From NCBI GenBank assembly GCA_045536845.1, contig JAZSOG010000036.1, forward strand, positions 6,899 through 70,898: 64,000 nucleotides of DNA. Reading direction: 5' to 3'. A model generated the notes under the pieces. It was given only the letters and a program-made list of their open reading frames with translations. It ran no database searches and was not told where the DNA came from. Position numbers and translations under genes: made by a program. The stretch is from Kiritimatiellia bacterium (lineage in GTDB: Bacteria; Verrucomicrobiota; Kiritimatiellia; RFP12; UBA1067). Below, piece by piece: positions 27,007 through 36,764 of the stretch; position 1 is the stretch's first letter, and the number at the start of each line of letters is the position of its first letter.

Positions 27007-27917
27007 ACAGTCCGCTTCGCACACGCAGAGCCGAATGGCTCGTAACCGCGCCGTCGTTCCTCTGGCTTGCGCTCTTTTTCGCGGTGCCGGCTGTAATCGT
27101 TCTCGCGTTCACCTTCCACGGGCACGACATCTCGGGCGGCGTCGGTGAGTGGTCGCTTTCGACGTGGCGCGAACTTGTCGATCCAGACTATCCGACGATT
27201 ATCTGGAACACGATTCGTATCTCCGTCGAAGTCACGATCTGGTCAATTGTCCTCGCCGTTCCCTGCGCCTACGCGATAGCCCGAATGAACAGCCGCTGGC
27301 GCGCAATCGTCGCGGGCTCCATAATGCTTCCGTTCTGGACGAGTTTCGTCGTCCGCGTCTTTGCGTGGAAGACAATGCTTCATCCCGACGGCTGGCTTCA
27401 GGCGTGCTACAACTTCCTCTCGATCAGCGGCGAGCAGTCGACAATTCTTGACTCCGAGACTGCGGTAGTGCTCGTGTCGGTTTATTCGTTCCTTCCGTTC
27501 GCGATTATGCCGATCTACACTGCGGCCGAGAAGTTCGACTTCTCGCTCCTCGAGGCGGCGCGCGACCTTGGGGCAAAGAACTTCTATGCGTTCCGCAAGA
27601 TATTCCTCCCCGGGATCAGGCAGGGACTCGTTTCTGCCGTCCTCATGGTGTTCATCCCGGCGATTGGCTCGTATGTCATCCCCCAGATGCTCGGCGGCAC
27701 GAACTGCGTCCTAATCGGCAACAAGATATTCATGCGTGCGATCCAGAACCGCAACATCCCGCATGCGTCGGCGCTCGCTACTGTAATGGCGGTCAGTGTC
27801 CTCATTCCGATAGGGCTTTCGATGTGGTGGAAGAAGCGGCAGGACATGCGCGACCGCCAGCGCCTTGAGGCGCAGACGGCGCGGCTCTTCACTGCGGGAG
27901 AGGGGGCTGCGAAATGA
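27003..27917 (+). CDS. potB: Spermidine/putrescine ABC transporter permease
   Basis: A 6-TM BPD-type permease with an EAA-like loop (LLEAARDLGAKNFYAFRKIFLP). It overlaps the potA stop. Confidence 0.85.
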   Translation: MNSPLRTRRAEWLVTAPSFLWLALFFAVPAVIVLAFTFHGHDISGGVGEWSLSTWRELVDPDYPTIIWNTIRISVEVTIWSIVLAVPCAYAIARMNSRWRAIVAGSIMLPFWTSFVVRVFAWKTMLHPDGWLQACYNFLSISGEQSTILDSETAVVLVSVYSFLPFAIMPIYTAAEKFDFSLLEAARDLGAKNFYAFRKIFLPGIRQGLVSAVLMVFIPAIGSYVIPQMLGGTNCVLIGNKIFMRAIQNRNIPHASALATVMAVSVLIPIGLSMWWKKRQDMRDRQRLEAQTARLFTAGEGAAK

Positions 27918-28744
27918 AGCGCTCGATGGTCTCGGTGATGATTCTCGCCGCGGTTCTCGCGTTCCTCTATGTGCCGATCATTCTCGTGGTCGTCTACGGG
28001 TTTGTTCCCAACGGCATATCCATGAGCTTTTTCGGATCGGACGGCTCTTTCCTCGGCTTTACGGGCAAGTGGTACAAGTACATCTTCACCGGCCACCAGT
28101 CTGTTCGGTCGCTAATGGAGAGCTTCTGGCTTTCGCTTATCATCGCGGGGCTCTCTACCCTCGCCTCGTGCGCCATCGGCACTACGTCGGCGCTCGCGCT
28201 CCACAAGTGGAAGGACCGCCTGCAGTCGGTGCATCACGCACTAGTCTACACGCCCCTCATCATGCCCGACATCCTGATCGGCATTTCGCTGCTAATGCTA
28301 TTCGCGGCTTGCCATGTGAACTGCGGCTTCTGGACGATTCTCATAGCCCACATCACGTTCTGCGTCTCGTATGTCGCGATGACTGTGCTTGCGCGCCTCC
28401 AGGACTTCGACGACCGCATCACCGAGGCGGCGTACGATCTTGGTGCGGGGCCGTGGTACGCGTTCTTCCATGTCGAACTGCCGATACTGCTCCCCGGCAT
28501 CGTCGCAGGCGGGCTTCTAGCGTTCACGCTTTCCATCGACGATGTAGTAATCACTTCGTTCGTTAACGGCGCGGGCACAAACACGTTCCCGACGTACGTC
28601 TCGTCGATGACGAAGCACTCGCGCAACCTGCCGTCGGTTTTCGCGCTTTCGACCCTCATGCTCGTCTTCACATGCGTGCTCGTCGGCCTCTCGAAGCTCA
28701 TCACTTCGAAGGGCCAGGCGAAGATCAAGCCGAAGGCGTCGTGA
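27914..28744 (+). CDS. potC: Spermidine/putrescine ABC transporter permease
   Basis: A BPD-type permease with the EAA loop (ITEAAYDLGAGPWYAFFHVELP). It overlaps the potB stop. Confidence 0.85.
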   Translation: MKRSMVSVMILAAVLAFLYVPIILVVVYGFVPNGISMSFFGSDGSFLGFTGKWYKYIFTGHQSVRSLMESFWLSLIIAGLSTLASCAIGTTSALALHKWKDRLQSVHHALVYTPLIMPDILIGISLLMLFAACHVNCGFWTILIAHITFCVSYVAMTVLARLQDFDDRITEAAYDLGAGPWYAFFHVELPILLPGIVAGGLLAFTLSIDDVVITSFVNGAGTNTFPTYVSSMTKHSRNLPSVFALSTLMLVFTCVLVGLSKLITSKGQAKIKPKAS

Positions 28745-28781
28745 TTTGCCGCGATTTGCGCGTCACAAGGCGCTCCGTTTT

Positions 28782-28790
28782 TGTTATAAT
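28782..28790 (+). promoter_or_regulatory. Internal extended -10 TGTTATAAT upstream of potD, followed by the hairpin GCGCGACA-atgg-TGTCGCGC
   Basis: Read directly at 28782-28790. The hairpin is at about 28799-28818. Confidence 0.45.
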
Positions 28791-28841
28791 GTCCCCCAAG
28801 CGCGACAATGGTGTCGCGCCCTGAAATGAGGGAATGACGAA

Positions 28842-29987
28842 ATGATGAATCTGTGGAAAGTCTCCGCCGTCGCAGCGGCGGCTGTCGCCGTCGCGGGCTG
28901 CACCCAGTCCGAATCCGTTGATCTCTCGCCGTGCGCGCGCGCAGCGGCGGAGTCGAGCGGGATCGCTCCCGATAGCACAAAGGGCGGCGAGCTCCACATT
29001 TACACCTGGTCTGACTACCTTGCGCCCGAGCTGATAATCGGCTTTGAGAAGGCGCTTGGCGTCAAGGTTGTCGTCGACACGTTCGACTCCAACGAGGCGA
29101 TGTACGCCAAGCTCAAGGCGGGCGGCACCGGCTACGACCTGATGACTCCGAGCGCCTACCAGATCCCGCAGATGGTCAGGGAGGGAATGATCGACAAGAT
29201 CGACCACTCGAAGTGCCCGAACGTGAAGAAGAACTTCGATCCGTCGTTCCTGAACCAGGTCGTCGACCCCGAGTTCGTCTACAGCGTGCCGTATACGGTC
29301 ACCTACACCGGCTTCATGTATGACAAGAGCAAGATACCCGAGGGTGTCGACGTTGAGTCGTGGAAGATCCTCGAGAATCCCGCGATGAAGAACCGCGTCA
29401 CGCTGCTTGACGACCTTCGCGAAGTTATCGGTGGCGGACTCATGGCGCTTGGCTATTCGATCAACTCGACCGACCCCGCCGAGATCGACGCGGCTGTGAA
29501 CGAGGCGCTCAAGTGGCGCCACAACGCCCGCAAGTTCGATGCCGAGAGCTACAAGACCGAGGTCGCCGCTGGTTCCATCTGGATCGGCCACGGCTACTCC
29601 ACGGATGCTGTGCAGGTCATTGTCGGCGACGAGGAGGAGGGCATGGAGCCCCGCGAGGACATCGGCTTCGCCCTGCCGAAGGAGGGGTTCACGATAGCGT
29701 TCGACGAACTGGTCGTCGCGAAGGACGCGAAGCGCAAGGACCTTGCCTACGCGTTCATCAACTTCATCTACGACGGCGAGGCCGCGAAGGTGAACATGGA
29801 GTATCTCTGCGGCCCCAACCCCGTAAAGCCCGGCATCGACCTCCTCGACGACGAGATGCGCGGAATCGTCCTTCTCGACCCCGAGACGCTCAAGTGCGGG
29901 CAGGTGCTCAAGAGCATCGACGACCCCAAGGTGATGGAGCTCTACAACAAGGCATGGGACAGGATCAAGGCGACTGAATCGAAGTGA
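28842..29987 (+). CDS. potD: Spermidine/putrescine-binding periplasmic lipoprotein
   Basis: It has a lipoprotein signal (AVAVAGC) and a PotD/PotF-like body (LHIYTWSDYLAPE, DLMTPSAY). Confidence 0.85.
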   Translation: MMNLWKVSAVAAAAVAVAGCTQSESVDLSPCARAAAESSGIAPDSTKGGELHIYTWSDYLAPELIIGFEKALGVKVVVDTFDSNEAMYAKLKAGGTGYDLMTPSAYQIPQMVREGMIDKIDHSKCPNVKKNFDPSFLNQVVDPEFVYSVPYTVTYTGFMYDKSKIPEGVDVESWKILENPAMKNRVTLLDDLREVIGGGLMALGYSINSTDPAEIDAAVNEALKWRHNARKFDAESYKTEVAAGSIWIGHGYSTDAVQVIVGDEEEGMEPREDIGFALPKEGFTIAFDELVVAKDAKRKDLAYAFINFIYDGEAAKVNMEYLCGPNPVKPGIDLLDDEMRGIVLLDPETLKCGQVLKSIDDPKVMELYNKAWDRIKATESK

Positions 29988-31795
29988 CTCTCGACAACAT
30001 ACGCAACTTCTGCATCATCGCGCACGTCGACCACGGCAAGACGACGCTCTCCGACCGAATCCTCGAGCTGACGCACGCCATATCGCAGCGCGAGCTCAAG
30101 GAGCAGACGCTCGACGCGATGGATCTCGAGCGCGAGCGCGGCATCACGATCAAGTCGCACCCCGTCTCGATGCACTACACGGCGAAGGACGGGAAGACGT
30201 ACCTCTTCAATCTGCTCGACACGCCAGGACACGTCGACTTCGCCTACGAGGTCAGCCGCTCTATGGGCGCGTGCGAAGGGGCTCTTCTCGTCGTCGACGC
30301 CGCGCAGGGCGTCGAGGCGCAGACCGTCGCCAACACCTACTTTGCCCAGGACGCGAAGCTCGAGATTGTCCCCGTTCTCAACAAGGTTGACCTTCCTGGC
30401 GCCGACGTCAAGGAAGTCTCGCGCGAGATCGAGGACATTCTCGCGATTCCGATGGACGACCCGCTTCTCGTCTCTGCGAAGACCGGCATGGGCTGCCCCG
30501 AGGTTCTTGAGGCAATCGTCAACCGCATACCTCCGCCCACGACGCTCGGCATCGACGCGCCGCTTAGGGCGCTCGTCTTCGACTCGGTGTTCGACGAGTT
30601 CCGCGGCGTGATAACTTATGTCCGCGTAATGGACGGCTCGCTGAAGGCGGGGCAGAGCGTCGTCTTCATGGGGAGCCATGTTTCGACTACCGTTCACGAA
30701 GTCGGCATTTTCTCCCCGACGAAGAAGCCCGTCGACCATCTCGAGGCAGGGCAGGTCGGCTACATCGTCGGCACGGTGAAGGACCCGAGCGAGATCAAGA
30801 TCGGCGACACGGTGACGACGGCGAAGCTTGGCGCGACCGAGCCGCTTCCCGGATTTCAGGACATCCACCCGACTGTGTTCTGCGGAATCTACCCGATGTC
30901 GACGGATGAGTTCCCGAAGGTTTCGGCGGGGCTTGAGAAGCTTCATCTCAACGACTCGGCGTTCACGTTCCACCACGAAAGCTCGCTCGCTCTCGGCTTT
31001 GGCTTCCGCTGCGGATTTCTTGGGCTTCTCCACATGGAGATCGTCCAGGAACGTCTGCGTCGCGAGTTTGGCCTCGACATTATCTCGACTTCTCCCGGCG
31101 TAGTCTACAAGCTGAAGCTAAAGAACGGCGAGGAGAAGGATCTCGATAACCCGCTTCAGATGCCCGATCCTTCCGCGCTCGAGACAATATCCGAGCCGAT
31201 CCTAAAGTCGCGCATCATCACGCCGTCGGAATCTATAGGCGACGTGATGCGCATTGTGATGGACCGCCGCGGCCAGGTCGAGGGAACAGAGACGATTGAC
31301 GCGAAGCGCGTGATGCTTCACTGCATGCTTCCTCTCAACGAGATACTCATCGATTTCCACGACACCTTGAAGTCGGTGAGCCACGGCTATGCCTCGATGG
31401 ACTATGAGCCCGCGGGCTACCAGGTCTCCGACATCGTGAAGATGGACATTCTCCTCAATGGCGAGACCGTCGACGCGTTTGCGACGATGGTACACCGCGC
31501 CAAGGCGCGCGCGAGGGGTCTCCAGATGTGCAAGGCGCTTGCCGACACGATTCCGCCGCACCAGTTCAAGATTCCTGTGCAGGCTGCGATTGGCAAGGAG
31601 ATCATTGCGCGCGAAGACATCAGGCCTTTCCGCAAGGACGTTCTCGCAAAGCTCTACGGCGGCGACGTGACTCGCAAGATGAAGGTTTTGGAAAAACAGA
31701 AGCGCGGCAAGGCGAGGATGAAGGAGTTCGGCCACGTCAATGTTCCGCAATCCGCCTTCATCGCGGTGCTGAAGGGCACCATAAAGGACAAATGA
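29984..31795 (+). CDS. lepA: Elongation factor 4
   Basis: G-domain motifs are IIAHVDHGKTTL, DTPGHVDF and NKVD. It has the LepA C-terminal domain. The GTG start overlaps the potD stop. Confidence 0.95.
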   Translation: MTLDNIRNFCIIAHVDHGKTTLSDRILELTHAISQRELKEQTLDAMDLERERGITIKSHPVSMHYTAKDGKTYLFNLLDTPGHVDFAYEVSRSMGACEGALLVVDAAQGVEAQTVANTYFAQDAKLEIVPVLNKVDLPGADVKEVSREIEDILAIPMDDPLLVSAKTGMGCPEVLEAIVNRIPPPTTLGIDAPLRALVFDSVFDEFRGVITYVRVMDGSLKAGQSVVFMGSHVSTTVHEVGIFSPTKKPVDHLEAGQVGYIVGTVKDPSEIKIGDTVTTAKLGATEPLPGFQDIHPTVFCGIYPMSTDEFPKVSAGLEKLHLNDSAFTFHHESSLALGFGFRCGFLGLLHMEIVQERLRREFGLDIISTSPGVVYKLKLKNGEEKDLDNPLQMPDPSALETISEPILKSRIITPSESIGDVMRIVMDRRGQVEGTETIDAKRVMLHCMLPLNEILIDFHDTLKSVSHGYASMDYEPAGYQVSDIVKMDILLNGETVDAFATMVHRAKARARGLQMCKALADTIPPHQFKIPVQAAIGKEIIAREDIRPFRKDVLAKLYGGDVTRKMKVLEKQKRGKARMKEFGHVNVPQSAFIAVLKGTIKDK

Positions 31796-32664
31796 CGCTT
31801 TCCATAGCGGCTGCGATTGTCGTTGGTGCGGCGCTTGCCGTGTCGGGTGCAGTTCTGCAAAGCGTTCTCAGGAATCCCCTCGCTGAACCGTACATCCTCG
31901 GCATCGTCGGCGGAAGCGCGCTTTTCTCGGCGCTCGCGACGAAGCTAGGCCTTGTCGCTCTCGCAGCGTGGGTTCTTCCGGCGTCGAGCTTCCTTGGAGC
32001 GTGCTTTTCGCTTTCGCTTCTTCTCCTCGTCGCGTGGTTTGCCTCAAGGGCGCGCGACTTCAACGGATCGGACGCGCAGCTCAGGTCTAACTTCTCGACT
32101 GTCGTTATAGCCGGCTTCGTAGTCGGCGGCTTTACCGGCTCGCTCGACTGGCTCGTTCTCTCCTACTGCTCCCCCGAGGACTTTACGCGCCTCAACAAGT
32201 GGCTGTACGGCTCGCTTTCCGAAGTCGGGTTCGCTGCGCTTGCCTCTGGAGCTCTTGTGCTTGCGATAGTGATGGCCGTTCTTGCTTTCTTCCGCCGTGA
32301 ACTCAACGTAATGGAGCTTGGCCACGACGAGGCCGAATGTCTCGGCATCAATACGCGCACGACGATGATCGCCGTGATCGGCGCGGTCTCGCTTGCCACG
32401 GCCGTGTCGGTGTCTCTTGCCGGCGCGATTGGTTTTGTCGGGCTCGTCGTGCCGCATTTCGTCAGGCGCGTATTTGGGCCGCGCATGCAGCGTCTCCTGC
32501 CGCTTTCTGCGCTCTTCGGAGGCGCATTCCTCGCAGTAGCCCAGATCGTCGCTGCAAAGTTCCTTCCCGAAGTCGGCGTAGGCGTAATTTGCGCCATATT
32601 CGGCGGGCCGTTTATCCTTTGGCTTCTTGCCTCGCGTCGCAACGGGGAAGGGCGCGACGTCTAG
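31792..32664 (+). CDS. FecCD/BtuC-family ABC permease, N-terminally short and without partner genes
   Basis: ORF 31528 trimmed to ATG 31792 (ATGA overlap with the lepA stop). The sequence starts at the conserved VGAALAVSGAVLQSVLRNPLAEPYILG block, which lies about 55 aa into BtuC. No ATPase or binding-protein gene is nearby. Confidence 0.65.
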   Translation: MTLSIAAAIVVGAALAVSGAVLQSVLRNPLAEPYILGIVGGSALFSALATKLGLVALAAWVLPASSFLGACFSLSLLLLVAWFASRARDFNGSDAQLRSNFSTVVIAGFVVGGFTGSLDWLVLSYCSPEDFTRLNKWLYGSLSEVGFAALASGALVLAIVMAVLAFFRRELNVMELGHDEAECLGINTRTTMIAVIGAVSLATAVSVSLAGAIGFVGLVVPHFVRRVFGPRMQRLLPLSALFGGAFLAVAQIVAAKFLPEVGVGVICAIFGGPFILWLLASRRNGEGRDV

Positions 32665-34460
32665 TTTTTTGCGAACCGTCTGTCGAGTTCGCGCGTAGAC
32701 GTGAATATCATCGTCGGCTTTCCGCCTGGGCTTATGTAGGGCATACGGCACGAGGCAAGTTCCTCGACAAGTTTCGTCGCCCCGGCTTCGTCGAGCGCTA
32801 ACGACATCCCTGCAAAGGAACGCGCTATCGACTTTGCTATGAGTTCTTCGCGCCAGCGTTCGCCACGTCTTGCGCCGCCTTCCGAGAGATCGCGCGCGAC
32901 CGTGGAAATGACGTCTGCAGGGGAGAGGGGGCCGATAAGCTGCGGAACGGCGTCGATCTTGAAGGTATCGCGCCCGAACGGCTCGATCTTGAAGCCCATC
33001 GTCTCGATGTCGCTTAGTGCTGCCGTGATTCGCGCTGCATCGACAGGCGAGAGGTGGATCGTCTCAGGGATAAGGAGCTGCTGAGAAAGGGCATCGCCTT
33101 GTCCGGAGCGCGAAAGAAGCTGCTCGAAGGCGATGCGCTCGCGGGCGGCATGTGGGTTTATGGTGACGAGTCCCGCATCGGTCTCGATGAGAAGATAGCC
33201 GCTTGCCGTCGTAGCGAGGAATTTGAACCACTTCCACGGCCTTGCGCCAGTTTCGTCGGCGGCGAGTGGAAGCTCGATTTCAACCTGTGTCGGCGCGGGA
33301 GCGGGAGTTAGAGTGGGAGCGGGAGTTGGAGTTGGAGTTGGAGTTGGAGTGGCAGTGGGGGAGTGAGGGAGTGGGGGAGTTGGGGGAAGTGGAATTCCTG
33401 TCTCGTTCGTCTCGGCTGTCCCGTTAGTCCCGCTAGTCACGCCCGTTGACGGTCTAAGTACGAGCGTGCCTTCAATCGCCTCTGTAATCGCGCGCTTTAC
33501 CGCGATGTTGTCGCGGAAGCGAACTTCTCTCTTTGTCGGATGCACATTGACGTCGACCTGGTTCGGCGGCAACTCTATGAAAAGGAAAAGTGCGGGCTTT
33601 ATGTCGCCTTGTCTGTGCGGGTATGCCTCGCGTACGGCGTAGGCAATCGAAGGCGCGGTCGCAGGGCGTCCGTTCACGAACACATATTGGTCGCGCCGCG
33701 TCGGCATCGAGAGGTTTGGCTTTTCTATGTAGCCAGAGACTCGCACGACATTTTTCTGCTGGTCGGACGGCGGCGGAAGGGGAATCAAGCTCTCGACGAA
33801 GTCCGCTCCGTAGATGTCGAGCAGACGGTCCGCGAGCGAAGTCGCAGGCGCAAGGCGGTAGAGTTCTCTGCCGTCCACGACGAGCGAGAAGCCGATGCCA
33901 GGATGCGCGAGCGCATGTACTGTGAATATTCCCTTTACGCGGCCTTCCTCCGTTGCGAAAGAGCGCAGGAACTTACGCCGTGCTGGAACGTTGCAAAAGA
34001 GATCTCGCACCTCCACGAGCGTTCCAGGCGGGCATCCCGCCGTGCTCGTCTCGACGAGCTCGCCCGCGTTCACGACGATTTGCGTTCCCTCGTCCGCGTC
34101 GTGGCGGCGGGTCACGATGGAGAATCGCGATACCGACGCGATTGACGGAATCGCCTCTCCCCTGAAGCCGAGAGTGTCGATGTTCTCTATGTCGTCTACG
34201 TCGAGGATTTTCGAGGTCGCCTGCCTCTCAAGCGAGAGAAGGGCGTCGTCCTTCGTCATTCCGCAGCCATCGTCGCGTACCGAGACGAGTTTGCGCCCGC
34301 CTTGCGCGATGGAGACCTTGATGTTGGCGGCTCCTGCGTCTACTGCGTTTTCGACGAGCTCCTTCACGACGGACGCAGGACGTTCCACGACCTCGCCAGC
34401 CGCGATCTTGTTCGCGACATGCAGGGGGAGAACGTGAACGTGTCCGTCGCGTACAGCCAT
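32661..34460 (-). CDS. mutL: DNA mismatch repair protein MutL
   Basis: It has a GHKL N-terminus (VANKIAAGEVVERPASVVKELVENAVDAGA), a Pro/Thr-rich linker and a C-terminal dimerisation domain. Confidence 0.95.
   Translation of the reverse strand: MAVRDGHVHVLPLHVANKIAAGEVVERPASVVKELVENAVDAGAANIKVSIAQGGRKLVSVRDDGCGMTKDDALLSLERQATSKILDVDDIENIDTLGFRGEAIPSIASVSRFSIVTRRHDADEGTQIVVNAGELVETSTAGCPPGTLVEVRDLFCNVPARRKFLRSFATEEGRVKGIFTVHALAHPGIGFSLVVDGRELYRLAPATSLADRLLDIYGADFVESLIPLPPPSDQQKNVVRVSGYIEKPNLSMPTRRDQYVFVNGRPATAPSIAYAVREAYPHRQGDIKPALFLFIELPPNQVDVNVHPTKREVRFRDNIAVKRAITEAIEGTLVLRPSTGVTSGTNGTAETNETGIPLPPTPPLPHSPTATPTPTPTPTPAPTLTPAPAPTQVEIELPLAADETGARPWKWFKFLATTASGYLLIETDAGLVTINPHAARERIAFEQLLSRSGQGDALSQQLLIPETIHLSPVDAARITAALSDIETMGFKIEPFGRDTFKIDAVPQLIGPLSPADVISTVARDLSEGGARRGERWREELIAKSIARSFAGMSLALDEAGATKLVEELASCRMPYISPGGKPTMIFTSTRELDRRFAKN
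33296..33390 (+). repeat. GGAGTT/GGGAGT hexamer-type tandem repeats inside the mutL linker (encode PTPTPTPTPAPT on the minus strand)
   Basis: Read directly: gggagttagagtgggagcgggagttggagttggagttggagttggagtggcagtgggggagtgagggagtgggggagttggggg. Confidence 0.85.
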
Positions 34461-34461
34461 G

Positions 34462-35571
34462 TCACACGTCCAGGCTTATGCCGCGCCTTAGGTATGTCGG
34501 AATGTCGAGATCTTCGCTGTTCCAGATTGTCGGCTCGGCGTTGTTGAAACGGCCTCTTCCCTGCGGCCCGACGCCAAGGGGTTTCGCGGCGCGCTTCTTG
34601 CGCTTGTTGCCCAGGACGCCTGCGGTCTTCTCCTCGGAATAGTCGTCCTTCGCGTTTGCCTCGAAGAGGAGAAGGACTACGGAAATGCGCCCGGAGAACG
34701 TGTCCTCATCGTTTACCGTCGCAAGCTCGAAGGTCGTCGCCTGGTTGCCGAAAGCGGATCGCACACCTTCGGATATCGTGCTGATTTCGCTGAGCCGCAG
34801 GTCTTCTCCGGCGAGCACGCCGCACAGTATCGACCTAACAGGTCCCGAGCCCATCGTAAGAAGGGGAGCCCTGGCGATCATGTCGCTTATATCGCGCGCG
34901 CGGTCTGGGCCCATTGACGAGACCGCGGCAAATCTGCCGCGCCCGGCCTTTGCGACCAAGTGGCGTATGCGCTCGGCGTCGAGCCGCAGGTATCCCGGCT
35001 TTTCGACTAGACGCCAGAAGAGCGTGACGGCCGACGCCATGGTGTCGACGGCGCGGCGCATCGCGTCGTCCAGGCGCTCGGCGTTTCCGACGATCTTGTC
35101 GAGCGGCACGAAGAACGTCGCGCCAGCGGCCTCTTCGATCATCGTCATTACGCCGCGTGCCGAACGCTGGCGGTCTTCGCCCTCGAACGTGAACGGCGTT
35201 GTTGCGAAGACGATTGACGGTATGCCGAGCGAATCGAGCCGCTTCACCGTCTCGAGCGTTGCACCGCCGCCTGTGCCGCCGCCGAGCGACGTCACGATGA
35301 TCGCGAGGCGCACGCCCTCGATCTTCGGATCAAGCGAGTTTATCGAGTCTTCGGTTGCGAGCCTTGCCGCGACAACGTCGCCGCCGGAACCACGACCGGA
35401 AAGACGGTTGCCGCCGAGGAGCAGGAAGTCTTCGCAGTCCGAAGCCGATGCGGCGTCGGTATCTATCGCGAGGAACCTCAGTCCCTCTCCGAAGGCGCGG
35501 CGAACACCGCGGGCTATTGCCGAGCCGCCGCCGCCTATGCCGATTAGCATCATTGAGGACGAGTCGCTCAT
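34462..35571 (-). CDS. ftsZ: Cell division protein FtsZ (divergent)
   Basis: It has the tubulin signature SLGGGTGGGAT, the N-terminal GIGGGGS and a C-terminal FtsA-binding-like peptide DIPTYLRRG. It lies immediately downstream of ftsA. Confidence 0.8.
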   Translation of the reverse strand: MSDSSSMMLIGIGGGGSAIARGVRRAFGEGLRFLAIDTDAASASDCEDFLLLGGNRLSGRGSGGDVVAARLATEDSINSLDPKIEGVRLAIIVTSLGGGTGGGATLETVKRLDSLGIPSIVFATTPFTFEGEDRQRSARGVMTMIEEAAGATFFVPLDKIVGNAERLDDAMRRAVDTMASAVTLFWRLVEKPGYLRLDAERIRHLVAKAGRGRFAAVSSMGPDRARDISDMIARAPLLTMGSGPVRSILCGVLAGEDLRLSEISTISEGVRSAFGNQATTFELATVNDEDTFSGRISVVLLLFEANAKDDYSEEKTAGVLGNKRKKRAAKPLGVGPQGRGRFNNAEPTIWNSEDLDIPTYLRRGISLDV

Positions 35572-36764
35572 TTGAAGAACCTCCCGATAAGCCCGCTGAG
35601 GATCGACCTGTCCTCGTCAGTGCGGCTTGCGTACATTAGTGCGCCGGCAACGGCCGCAAACGATGCCGGGAATTTTTCGCCGTCGAGTCCGTCGACGTGG
35701 ATTGGCTTTCCGGTGCGCACCGGCATACCAAGCTCGCGCTTTACGAGGTCGTCGATGTCGTGCATCGCGGCGCCGCCGCCGGTAAGGACAACTCCGGCAT
35801 GAAGCCGGTTGAAGAGATCCTGGTCTTCAAGCGTCTCGCGTATGACAGTCACTAGCTCCCTAAGTCGTGCGTTTACTACGGTGTCGAGCGCGCGGCGGGA
35901 GATCGTGCGCGTTTCCATCAGCGGAGAGGACCCCGGCACCTTTACGCGCGGCTCACCGGGTCTTCCGATGATTGCGGAGGCCGATTCTATCTTCAGCTGC
36001 TCCGCCTGGGCGTTGGTCGTCTGGAACGCATGGGCGATGTCGTTTGTAATGTGGTCACCGCCTACGCCGATCACCCCAGTCGTCACGAGGTGGCCGTCGG
36101 AATAGGCCGCGTAGCCGGTGGAACCGCCGCCGATGTCGAGGACGAGGACTCCGTTTCTCTTCTCGTGCTCGTCAAGGACGGCGTCCGCCGCGCAAGTCGC
36201 GGCGAAAAGCGGTTCGCGTATCTCGAGCTTGGCTTCGTCCGCTGCGGTGCGTGCGTTGTCGATCCTGTTGCGGTCGGCGTGAATCTGGAGCGTATTGAGC
36301 TTCAGTATGCGACCCGACATCCCGCGCGGCGCGGTTATGCCGCGCAGGGCGTCGACTTCGTAGTCCTGGTCGACGATGTCGAGAAATTCCCTGTCCTTCG
36401 GTATCTGCATCGTGCGCGAGCTTCTGAAGACGGCGTCAAGCTCCTCTGGGCCGACCTTCGCGCCTTCGATCGGCACCATGCCCTGGAAGGGGTCGGCCTT
36501 GATGTGCTGGCCGGAGACGACGAGGTAGGCGTTGCCGAGCGTTATGGTGCTCCCGGCTTCGGACTGCTTCTTCTCGATAGCGTGGAGGACGCTCTTGATA
36601 GAGCTTGTCGCCTGGTTGATGTCGAGTATTTGGCTCTTTCTGACGCCAGTCGATGGAATCTCGGCGTGGCATGTTATCTTGAGACGGCCGCCCACTTCCT
36701 CTTCGCCGATGGCGAGGACCGTCCGCGTCGTGCCGATCTCCATTGCGGCATAGAAGTTGCTCAT
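35568..36764 (-). CDS. ftsA: Cell division protein FtsA
   Basis: An actin-like ATPase (EIGTTRT, DIGGGSTG, VLTGGGA). It is positioned between ftsQ and ftsZ. Confidence 0.9.
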   Translation of the reverse strand: MSNFYAAMEIGTTRTVLAIGEEEVGGRLKITCHAEIPSTGVRKSQILDINQATSSIKSVLHAIEKKQSEAGSTITLGNAYLVVSGQHIKADPFQGMVPIEGAKVGPEELDAVFRSSRTMQIPKDREFLDIVDQDYEVDALRGITAPRGMSGRILKLNTLQIHADRNRIDNARTAADEAKLEIREPLFAATCAADAVLDEHEKRNGVLVLDIGGGSTGYAAYSDGHLVTTGVIGVGGDHITNDIAHAFQTTNAQAEQLKIESASAIIGRPGEPRVKVPGSSPLMETRTISRRALDTVVNARLRELVTVIRETLEDQDLFNRLHAGVVLTGGGAAMHDIDDLVKRELGMPVRTGKPIHVDGLDGEKFPASFAAVAGALMYASRTDEDRSILSGLIGRFFK

